Both the position numbers and the translations under genes were made by a program. A stretch of 64,000 nt of DNA from Squalus acanthias (Eukaryota): positions 142,042,001 to 142,106,000 of the forward strand of contig CM059425.1 of the NCBI GenBank assembly GCA_030390025.1, given 5' to 3'. Each line of letters begins with the position of its first letter. Within the stretch, counting starts at the first letter, position 1. The notes beneath the pieces are model-generated. The model had not been told where the DNA came from and made no database searches. It worked only from the letters and a program-made list of their open reading frames with translations. Shown here piece after piece: positions 13,701-25,700 of this stretch.

Positions 13701-16700
13701 CTCCTCCCCCCCGCCAACCTCTCCATTTCTCTGACTCTAGCCTGTTGTGAAACCCCCCCCCCCTCCCCAAGCCCCACCATCGGCTCGGTGTCCATTTTCT
13801 GAGCATCTTGACATTTTTCTACGTTAAAGGTGCTATATAAATGCAATTTATTGTTGAAAAACGGAGCGGGGAATGACAATTACTTTAAAAAAAACTCTAC
13901 ACACCAGTAGTGGCCAAAGACTGAAATGTGGACATGAAATTGTCAATAGGAAAAGATGACTAAATTGTGACCAAAAATGTGTGACAATATAATGTAATCT
14001 TTCTGAACAGGAACAGCATGTCTTGCATAGGGTTTTAATATAATAGAGACCAGTAGCTCTGAATGATCAAGTTCAGTGAATCACAGCGCAGAGTCAGGGC
14101 ATCAGGGCTGTGATCTAGTACAGAATTATCAGGCCAATCGTGCCATGCAGCTACTCAGGAGACGGTTATAAGTGAATAGCATCCAGATGAATCTAGCCAT
14201 TAGAGCACCTAAAACAGGGAAGAAGCAACACCACGACAAGAGCTTCAGGAGAGTGGCCAATTATACCTGAAAGTTGTTTTTTCTTTGAAGGACCTTGCAC
14301 ATTTCCAGTAATGCTAACCCCACCGTCTCAAATCATGAGACAAACTCTTAATAATGATATTTGGTAAGAAATCATGAGTTGGTATTTTTTGGTTTATAAA
14401 CGTTATTAGTGGCTTTATTTAATCTCTAACAGGTCACAGCTCTTTACAAAAACTGTATTACTGCATCTGAAAATGCTTTACAAAAAACTTTTTAAAAATC
14501 CTACCCGTTATCACCACCCTTCACGAGTTGGGGTAAATTTTCATTAAAAATCGCGTGTCTCGCGATTAATTCGCGAGAGTTGGCATTACGGGGACACCAA
14601 CCTGTGCGCCATCCATGCCAGGCAAGTCACCATCATGCCCAAAGACATCCAGCTGACCCGCCGCATTTGCAGAGAGCGTGTCTAAACCCGGCTTAAGTGC
14701 AACAGCGGCTCTTTTAAGAGCCACCAAATCGACATGGGTTAGAGCTGCGATCTCCTCTAACCAGAGATTTTTGTTGGTCATTAACCCATTACATTGTAGG
14801 TACAGGCACAGACCTTTACTTAAAGGGGTGCAGGACTGATATATTATCTGGAATTCATAAACCGGCAGTGCCGGAGGGTCATTGCTGCTCAGCAGAATCT
14901 CACCCCTACCCTGTGTCCGAGCATTAACTGGGATTGGTGATAGTAAATAGTTCCCAGTATTAGTTGGAAGGAATTAATGGATCCAGCTCCATTCTCAGGA
15001 GCGTTATTTACAAATATTAGCTAATGAGACCTCTGATATTTAATAAACTGAAATCAGTGCACAGGACACCCAACATAGCTCCATCGCTCTGACTCTAACC
15101 GCAAGTTCTCAGGGGCAGTCGCCCTTGCGCAACGAGGAGAGAATCCCCGATTCTATACCACCAGTGTAGCAGGTAGCTTTGTGTCCAGAGAATGGGCTTG
15201 GGGGGTGTGGGGGAAGGTAGATCTGGGAAGTACTGTAAAGGACACAGGTCCTGTGTGTGCGCGCAACGCTCACTTATCCTGTCCTCTAGGAACAGTGTGG
15301 TATAAAGAGACCAGTTTATGAAAGAAACACAGCCGGAGAATGGCCTCTTCCTTTCCACGCTTGCTCTGTTCCAGGAGTAGATTCTAACTGATCAGAAGTG
15401 CCCAGAGCTCTTGAGAAAGAAACCAGTATTCAAACTATCAAAATCCAAAACAGACCAGAATTGAATCAGGCTTTTTTATCACTAAATTAATTCCCCCGGC
15501 AGCAGTTTCAAGGCCCCCCCCCCCCCCCACTTTCAAAAAAAGAAATCGCACAACACATGGAAGAGGCTGAAGTCGCTGAATATGATGTCACATCATTAAA
15601 CTGGAACTGCGCAGGCACGAGAAATTCTGAAGGAAAATCATGAATTTTTAGTTGACTTGCGAGATGGGACAATTTTTTCATTAAAAGTCGCGTGTCTCGC
15701 GACTAATTTACAAGAGTTGTCATTACTGCACTTCAAATAATCCTCAGTGAAAATAGGCATTCAAAGTTAAAAAGAAAGATAAAAGTTAAATAATAAAAAT
15801 AATTTATTCAACTGAAGGAAAACAGAGACAACAATGACTTGCATTTTCAGAATCTATTATTTTTAGATTATATTTTCAAACATTTGAAGACTTTCAGAAG
15901 CCATGAAAAACAGTGGAAGAAGCAAACCAATGGTAAAATAATCCCTTTCTAGTGTGGTATTAACAGAATGAACTACTTACCTAGAATTTACAGCACAGAC
16001 ACAGGCCATTTGGACCAACTGGTCTAAGTTTGTGTTTATGCTCCACACGAGCCTCCTCCCACCACTCTTCATCAGCATAACCTTCTATTCCTTTATCCTT
16101 CAAGTGTTTATCTAGCTTTCCCTTAAATGCATTTATGCTATTCGCCTCAATTACTCCACGTGGTAGCTCTCTGGGTAAAGAAGTTCCTCCTGAATTGGAT
16201 TTATTGGTGGCCATCTTATATTTATGGCACCTAGTTTTGGGCTCCCCACAAGTGGAAACATTTTCTCTACATCTATCCTATCAAACCCTTTCATAATCTT
16301 AAAGACCTGTGTCAGGTCACCACTCAGCCTTCTCTTTTCTAGAAAAACAGAGCCTCAGCCTGTTCAGTCTTTCTTGATAAGTATAACCTCTCAGTTCTGG
16401 TATCAACCATCTTTTTTGAACATTTGTGTACCTGTACCCCTAGATCTCTTTGCTCCTTTAACCCATTTAGACACTTACTTTCCAAGGAATATGTGGGGCT
16501 GGATTCTCATAGGGCCGTGGAGGCGGGTTTGGAGACGTGTGGGGGGTTAAAATTGCAAAAAGTGGCGGGCAGACCTGATCCTGCCTCCATGCTATTTTGA
16601 TAAAATCGTGTGCGGTGTTCCCGACTCCGTCCCGCCTCCAAGAGGCGGGAGAGGCCATTAAAGCCCTTAACAAGCCCTAAATTGGCTCTGTAATGCCATT

Positions 16701-19700
16701 TTGAAACGTTTTAGCTAGTTTAACCCTTTTCCGACGTGAAGCACGCCTGATGTGAAACACGCCAGTGAAAGCTGGCGGGAGCACAAGTGGATAGCTGACT
16801 ATCAGCTGCAGGTCCACTATTACAACGGAGATGTGATGAAGGTAGTAGTAGTATTAGGTCTGAAAGTCGCCTCTGATGCTGCTGCATTGAATGTCTTCAG
16901 AGACTGCCTGGCCTTTGCTGAGAGAGGACCAGGATGCAAAAAAATTCTCTCTCTCTGAGCTGCTGCTCATTTTGCATCCAGGTCCACTCACAGCAAAGGC
17001 CAGGCAGTCTCTGAAGACCTTCAATGCAGCAGCAATGATGACATCATCAGAGGCGACTTTCAGACTGAAACCACTAATTGGTTCATGGGTTCCCACATGC
17101 TGGAACTCAATTGCCCAATTAGGTGAAAATTGCATCAATCTCCCACATCCAATTGCAGTCGGGTGGATAACACGAAATGCGGATGACACGACCCCAACCC
17201 GCCCCAGTATCAAAATCCAGCCCGAGGTCTCCTTATTCTTCCTATCAAAATGCACCACCTCACACTTGGCTATATTGAAATTCATTTGCCAATTACATGC
17301 CCATTCTGCAAGTTTATTAATGTCCTTAATAAACTTGCAGAATGGACATGTAATTAGCAAATGAATTCAATATAGTGAAGTGTAATTTGTCGCAGTCTTC
17401 CTCAGTACCACCTAATTTGGTGTAGTCCGCAAATTTTGAAACTGTACTTGATTCCAAATCGTTGATGTAAATGGTGAACACTGGTCCCCCAGCACTGATC
17501 TTTGTCGAACACCATTTCCCACCTTTTGCCAGTCTCAGTATTTCGAAGGGCCGAGGTGCACCATCAGAACACAGTCTTATATACAGAAGAGCTGAAGAAA
17601 GACCTTGAATGGCACTAAACCTTTAAATGGACAGTGTCTTAGTGCACTATAGTCCAATAGAAATCGCTAACTAGCTACGACAATACCATTTTAGACACAT
17701 GCAATAATTTTACTGGTGTTACATAACATTTTAGCAAATAACCAATAAGCAGTAACCAAGGAAGTAAAGCACTCAACAATCAAAAATCACTCGCACGCTG
17801 CTTTACATCTTCCCATTTTACCAACAGACATAAAGGTTAAAGTACACATGTATATAGTGTAAATGAGTATGAAGATCACATGACCAACAACGTCTATTGC
17901 TCATTTTTTATTTCGTGATCAGAAATACGATTTTCCACAACTGAATTCCCAATTAGCCATATGTGGCTAATGTATTGGACAACACAGTCTTAGTGGCCCA
18001 CCACACCTTTTCCCTAAATTGAAGGATAGCAATCATTTGTAAATGAGGTGAACTCCAAGTAGATCCTCTCATTAAACCATACCTGATTCATCTGTTTCAT
18101 AATTCACATGTTCTCCCAACAAGTGCTTCACAGGCTTCACTTTGGTTCGTTTTGAACATCGAAAAGGTGTGTGTTTGGAACAGACTATTGACAAAAATAT
18201 ATTACAAGTGATCTTGAGTGTCCCAAACAATGGTTTTCAGTTTTACAAGAGTTACTAGACCCAAACATGTTACAAAAGATGAAAAATTCTGCACACCTAC
18301 ACACTCTTCACAGAAAACCCCAAATGTGAACGAATTCTCAAGTCAGATCAGGACAAGTAGCAGCCTTCTAAATGGCTAATATTTGTTTTTCTTCAACTAT
18401 CCCCTGCTTTATTTAATGCCTGCGTCATAGCAAGTATTTTAAGGCTGATCCTGACATTAAATTGTGATACTAATAGAGAATAACCATTATACAATTGGAT
18501 TTCTTTCCATTGCAGATTATTGAAAGCAAATTACATTGTTTTGTATGAAGATGTTTAATTGCATTCCATCTCATGCATCTTCAGATTGAGCTAGCCAGTT
18601 TCTAAAAAAAAAAATCAGCAAGCTCCGATAGTTAGCTGGTGACTTTTAATAAGTACATCACTGGAGAGATTATTTAATATTGGTCAGAATATTGTCATTA
18701 TTTCATATTGTACCTCAAGAACTTAAGATAACAAGGCACCCACATAGTGAAACCAACCATGGCTAGAGGTTAAAGATAGTATTAGATTAAAAGAGGTTCA
18801 CAAGGTTGCCAAAAATAGTAAGTTTGAGGATTGGGAGGGTTTTAGAAATCATCAAAGGATGACCAAGAAAATGATAGAGGGAGATAATAAAATGAGAGTA
18901 AACTAGCAAGAAATTAGAAACAGATTGCAAGAGCTTCTACAAATATGTAAAAAGGAAGAGATTACCGAAAGTAAACATGGGTCCCTTATAGGCAGACAGG
19001 AAAAATTAAAATGGGGAATAAGGAAATGGCAGAGACATTAAACAAGCATATTGTATCTGTCTTCACAGTAGAAGACACAAAAAAAAGTGGGGACCCGAGG
19101 GTCTAATGAGAGTAAGGAACTTAGTGATTAATATTAGTAAAGAAAAAGAACTGGAAAAATTAACGTGACTAAAAGCCGACAAATCCCTATATCCTAGGGT
19201 TTTAAAAGAGGTGGCTGCAGAGATAGTGGATGCATTGGTTTAGATCTTCCAGAATTCCCTAGATTTTAAAACAGTCCCCCCGTGGATTGAAAAGTAGCAA
19301 ATTTAACCCAGCTATTCAAGAGAGGGAGAGAAAAAACAGGGAACTATAGGCCAGTTGGCCTGAGATCAGTAGTAGGGAAAATGCTACAATTGATCATTAG
19401 GTACGTGGTAACAGGGCATTTAGAAAAATCATAATATGATTAGGCAGAGTCAACACGGTTTTATAAAAGGGAAATCGTGTTTGGCAGATCTATTTGAGAT
19501 TTTTGAGGGTGTAACTAGCAGGGTAGATAAGAAGGATGTAGTACATTTGGATTTTCAAAAGGCATTTGATAAGGTGCCACACAAGAGATTGATACACTAG
19601 ATTATACGGACTTCCAGAAGGCTTCAATAAAGTCCCTCATAAGAGACTGTTAGCTAAAGTTGAAGCTCACGGAATTAAAGGGCAAATTATTGAGCTGGTT

Positions 19701-22700
19701 AGGAAATTGGCTGAGCGGCAGGAAACAGAGAGTAGGGATAATGGGCAGGTCCTTTAATTGGCAGGATTTGACTAGTGGTGTCCCACCGGGATCGGTGTTG
19801 GGGCCTCAACTATTCACTGTATTTATTAACAGGTGACTGGATAGAGAGCCACATATCCAAGTTTGCCAATGACACAAAGATAGGCAGCATTGTAAGCAGT
19901 GTAGATGGAAGCATAAAATTACAAAGAGATATGTGAATGGGCAAAACTGTGGCAAATGGAGGCAAGTGTGAGGTCATCCACTTTGGACCAAAAAAGGATA
20001 GATCAGAGTAAGTTCTAAATGGTGAAAAGCTGGAAGCAGTGGCGGTCCAAAGAAACTTGGGGGTCCATGTATATAGATCAGTAAAATGTCATGGACAGGT
20101 ACAGAAAATAATCAAAAGGGCTAATGGAATTTTCTAAAGGACTAGAATACAAGGGGGTGGAATTCATGCAACAGCTATACAAAGCCCTGGTTAGACCACA
20201 CCTGGAGTACTGTGTTCTGGGCACCCACCTTAGGAAGGATATATTGGCCTTTCAGGAAGTGCAGCGTAGACTTACTAGAATGATACCTGGACTCCAAAGA
20301 TTAAATAATGAGGAGAGATTACACAAACTAGGGCTGTATTTCCTGGAATTTAGAAGATTAAGGGGTGATATTAGATATTAAGGGGAACGGATAGGGTAGA
20401 TAGCGAGAAACTATTTCCGCTGGTTGAGGAGTCTAGGACTGGGGGACATGGCCTAAAAATTAGAGCCAGGCCTTTCGGAGTGAAATTAGGAAATACTTCT
20501 ACACGCAAAGGGTGGTAGAAGTTTAGAACTCCCTTTCACAAACAAGTGGCAGTTGATGCTAGGTCAATTGTTAATTTTAAATCGGAGACTGATAGATTAC
20601 TGTTAACCAAAGGTATTAAGGAATATGGAGTAAAGGCAGGTATATGGCGTCAGCTCACAGATCAGCCATGATCTCACTGAATGGCAGAACAGGCTTGAGG
20701 GGCTAAATGGCCTACTCCTGTTCCTATCCATTTATGGAACATCTTAGCGCAAAAATTTAAGTGCTTCACAGCTCTACAATAATTTACTTTGAAATGCAGT
20801 GATTTTTATGCAAGAAAATACAGCAGCCATTTTGCAGTTAGTTCGATCCCACAAACAAAAATGATGTAAATAATCAACTCATCTGTTTTGGTACTGCTGA
20901 TGAAGAAACTGCATTGATTAGAAAACCAAACAAATCCCTGCTCCTGTTTGAATGGTGCCATGGGATCTTCCAACATTCATGTGAATCATCAGACTGACTC
21001 ATCTAAAAAAAAACAGCACCTTGGACAATGCAGCACTTTCTCAGTATTGCATTCATGTCAGCCTCGATTATGTGGTCAAGTCCTGGAATGGGGCTTAAAC
21101 CCACAGCCTTCTGACTCAGAGGCAAGAGTGCTACCAATTAAGTCAAACTGATAATAGTACCACCAGTAACTCAATGCACTTTTGCTGTTTTATAACCAGT
21201 AAGTGCTTTAAACCTGTGTTGAACTGTCCATTTTCCTCACTGGTACTCTCTTTTGTATAACTGCCATCCTCATTGGCATCACCAAGATCTGGAAGGAGAA
21301 AAAAACAAGCATAAATGGATACATACTGCAGATGTGGTTTTCCTCGTTCTTTGAGAGTAGTTCAACTTCCAATAACAAATCAATGCAATCAGACAAGCTC
21401 CTACTATTTCAACTTGTTGGATACAGTCCCCTGCCAGAGTTTCCACCAGAACCAGAGGCCAACAACTGAGTCAATATTGGAGAGTAGAGGATTTCTTCCT
21501 GCCCCTCTGCTGTCCAACCTGCCGAGGCCGTTTAGATCCAGGGGTGAGACTTTCCATACACCCAGACAAGCCCGCTTTATTTTGACAGGCACATTGGGGG
21601 AATTTTAACAGCAAAAAAATGGCGGGTTTGGGTCGGTGGGAGGTTAAAGTGGTAGAAATCTGAATCCCGACCCCAACCCGCCGATTTACCTTTTTAACCA
21701 GGAGGTGGGTTGACACTTTAAACAGTGGTCCGCGCAGAGTGGTCTTAAACGGAGTGCTTCTAAACAGAGTGTTAAAGTTGGGAATTTGGAGTGTGGCAGA
21801 ATTTGGAGCAGAGGGGGAAAGGAAGTGCTGCTTTTTGCCTTGTAGTGTTTTGTGTTACAAGTAAATATTTAATTTAATCTACCTATAACTTAAACTAGAT
21901 CTAGTAATTAGTTAAAAACTAAACTATAAGCCAAGTAAATTAAATACATAAACTTTAATTAATTAAATAAATAAAACAAGGTTATATAGGGATGGCAGTG
22001 CAGGTGGTGTGCCGCAACTGCGAGTTTGTGGAGAGCATTGCGATCCCGAACGACCGTGTCTGCATCTCAAGGAACTTCAGCTCAGAGATCTTGAGCTGGA
22101 GTCCAAGGTGCAGCCATTGCGGGGCATCAGGAAGGGGGAGGATTACCTGGACACTTCACACCCCTTCGGTTAGGGGTAGTGGTACAGGTCTGGTTAGTGG
22201 TCAGGGACATGAGGGCGTGACCCCAAGTGCAGTGCTGGAGGGGCGCTGGCCTTTGCCATTATCGAACAGGTATGAAGTTCTTGCTGCCTGTGTAGATGAG
22301 GGCAAAGTCTGCAAGGTGGATGAGCAAACTGATGATGGCACCATGGTACATGAGGCCATTCAAGTGGCTGGGGGGGGGGGGGGGGGAGAAGAAGAGTGAA
22401 AAGGAATGTTGTAGTGGTAGGGGACTGTATAGTCAGGGGGATAGATACTGTTCTCTGCAGCTGCGACTGGGAGTTCCGAAGGCTGTGTTGCCTACCCAGT
22501 GCCAGGGTTAAGGATATCTCCTCGTGGCTGGAAAAGAATTTGGCGGGGGGGGGGGGGGGGGGGGAATGGAAAGAGGATCCAGCTGTCGTGGTCCACGCAA
22601 AGCCAATGACATAGGTAGAACTAGTAATGAAGTTCTGCTGAGAGAGTTTGAGGAGCTAGGGTCCAAATTAAAACACAGAACCTCAAAGGTAATAATCCCT

Positions 22701-25700
22701 GGATTGTTACCTGAGCCATGCGCAAATTGACATAGGGACAAGCAGATCAGAGAGAGTTAAATGCCTGGCTCAGAGTGGTGCGCAAGGAAGGATTTTGATT
22801 CCTGGAGCACTGGCACCAGTACTGGGGAAAGAGGGAGCTGTTCCGTTGGGACGTGGTCCACCTCTCAATCTGGCTGGCTACCAAGGGCAGGGGGGAAAAC
22901 AGAGGGAAAAATTTTAATTAGGCCCTGTTAAATTCAGTAGGGCCTGAGGGAAACCCATTCTCCCAGGTTTCCCGACCAATGTTACCCCCAAGGAGCACGG
23001 CCGCGTACTAATCAGGAGGTCCCACACAGGCCACTGGAGGACACCGCGCATACACGGCTGCGCAGCAAATTTAAAGGGACCGCATACTTAAAGTGACCAC
23101 AAATTAGAGGGATCATTGTTCCCCCTACCTGCCTCCAAGTTAAAATCCTGCCCATTGGATCTACTGGCTTCAAATACATTTCCTATCTGACCTGGACACA
23201 AGTTTAGAGAAGGAATCCAAGATCACTGTTCCATGGAAGAACTATTACATGCTGGCCTTCTTGTGAAGATGATCACACTTCTGAAAGTCATGTGACTTTG
23301 GAAAACAATACAAACAGATTTCAATTCTGTCAATCACTGGGAAAAATCTGTTATATTCAACTTTTAAAACTGGAAGCTGTCATTGACCAAAAGTGGATGA
23401 GCCCAGCAAAACCACAGCCACTGATACAGGCAGCAGCAAACAACATGGAGGTGCAATTAAGTATTGGCCAAGGAAACCACCGTTGACAACTTTGGAAAAA
23501 GGAAACTTCTCCAAAAAAAAAATGAACTTTCAAAAAGACTTAATGGGGCTGAGCCGTACAGAACAGTAGATCCCAGGTCTGATTCATAGTTTATACAGAG
23601 TTATTTATCTATTAGGGTGGTAGTAGGAATCACTACAACGGTCTCTGCTCCACCAGCCAACAAGGAAAAGGACAGACAGACAGGCTTTCCACTCCCGATT
23701 GCTATCTGGTGATCCCTGCTGGAAAGTGCACTTGAGTGAACATCAGATGAGTCAGGTTCAGCTGTGATGACCCTTTCCTTCCACAAAAAAGATTGAGCAA
23801 TCTACCAATAATGACTTCCTATACTCACACACAAAGAATTATCATTTGGGTAAGAGAGCAAAGGGCTAGAAGAGGGAGAGATCACTTAACCAAAATGATA
23901 ACATAATGGCAAGAATTTCTTTGAAAGAATGTTCTTCGGCTACTTCTCACATTTAAACTAAACCATATTTTCTGCAGCAGTTTTACTCATACCCATCATT
24001 TCTTCGTGATCAAAGTTTCCATTGTCACCTGTATCTGAAGACTCCTCTTCATAACTCGCACTTGGCCCCGGCCCACTCCTATTAAAAACAGGCCTAAAAA
24101 TAAAAAAAACTCAAATTGGAAATTATGAGCAGACTACAAATAGTTTTTATGTTGGAATGTTAAGCAGTACATGTGTAAAAATTGTAGCTCAGAAGCACTA
24201 TAGATCAATATTCACCAGTTCTCAGGATATTTTTCCATTGCTGATTAATTGCTAGATAATATTCACAAGCAGAATGATTGAAGATTCCGATTAAAGCACA
24301 TTCATTACAAGTCCTTGAACAAGTTTGCCTACTTACACAGCACCGCAGGGAAGTCCTTGCTTTAAAGTTCTCTTTCTTTGCACAGAAGTGCTGGGCTCTG
24401 GTTCGGCATCCTCCTCACTCTCATCCGGTGTCGGTTCACAATGCTGAGAAGGGACAGTTTTATCTTGGTATTTCAGAGTGTCATAATTTCTGGGGCTCAT
24501 TACAACCCGATTTGGAGGACTTGAGGATACCTGGGTATTTGCACAAAGTTGATCAGCAGGTTTGGTGATAGACTTTCTGGGGCTCATTACAACCTGACTT
24601 GGAGTCCCCGAGGACACCTTGCCAATTGCAGGAAGTCTGTCAGCAGGTTTTTGTACAGTCTTTTTGCCAACATAAGCTGCACCAAAGGATGCTGAAGATT
24701 CTCGAAAGGGTTTTTGTGATGTTGGCTTGCATGATAAAGAAGAGATATAGTCCTTAGTTTCCCTTGAAGTTGTACAAACATGTGCAGGTCTTGAAATGGG
24801 ACTGTACTCCTCCTCTTCCATTTCATTTTTATTGTGCACATCAGAATTATGCACCTTCTGCTTCAGTATAGATTTTTGTTTTTTGGTCAGGTGCATGTCA
24901 GAGGGTTTTGCCTTTTCTTCTTCAGCCTCAGAAAACAATCGCTTTTTTGGTATGGATGGCGCCAAAGAATACTTTTGTTTTCTACTTTGCTTCTTAACTG
25001 ATACCCTACCAGAATGATTGTCCTGTTGATTAGCTGTCCTCTGCTGCCCTGTGGGTTTTGACTGGCTGTGTGGTGGACTACCCGGAGAACAATCATTTTC
25101 AAAAACATCCTCCTCAAAAGTTTGCTCGTCTGAACTACACACTTCAGTCTCCAAAGGCTTTGTTTGAGCACATGCAGCTCTTCTTTTCAAAACCATCTGC
25201 TTTTTCTTCATTTGTGATCTCAAAGACTTAGCCTTTGTCATCCTGTCTTGTAAATTGGCATTCAGTGCTGGCAAATAATCTGTCTTCAATCTCTTTTGCA
25301 GATGGTTGTCAGCATGTTGTACCACCCACCACTTTGGTGGCGGTCTGGTACGACGTTGGGGCCTCGTATATACATCCAAAGCATTACCTTGGAGATGATT
25401 CTCATCAAGTTCCCAGGGAGAAGGGGAGCACTTCTTAGAATCGCCAGGTTTCTTCGGTCGAGTTTCCTTCTTTGACATTTCTTTCTCTTTTACTGAAATA
25501 AAAAGGCAATATTCAATCAAAGCAACTTTGAAAAGAAAGAGCTTGCCTTTATATAGCTCCTTTCATCATCTTAGGATGTCCTAAAATGCTTTACAGATAA
25601 TGAAGTACTTTTGAGACGTAGTCACTATTGAAAAGTAGGCAAACGCGGCAGCCAATTTGTGCACAGCAAGGTCCCACAAATGGCAATAAGATAACGGCCA

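Noticed and set aside
14590-14685. H3 fragment as a CENP-A gene or functional histone variant
   Set aside because: It matches the canonical H3 C-terminus with scattered substitutions and has no start, no upstream histone fold and no clear acceptor
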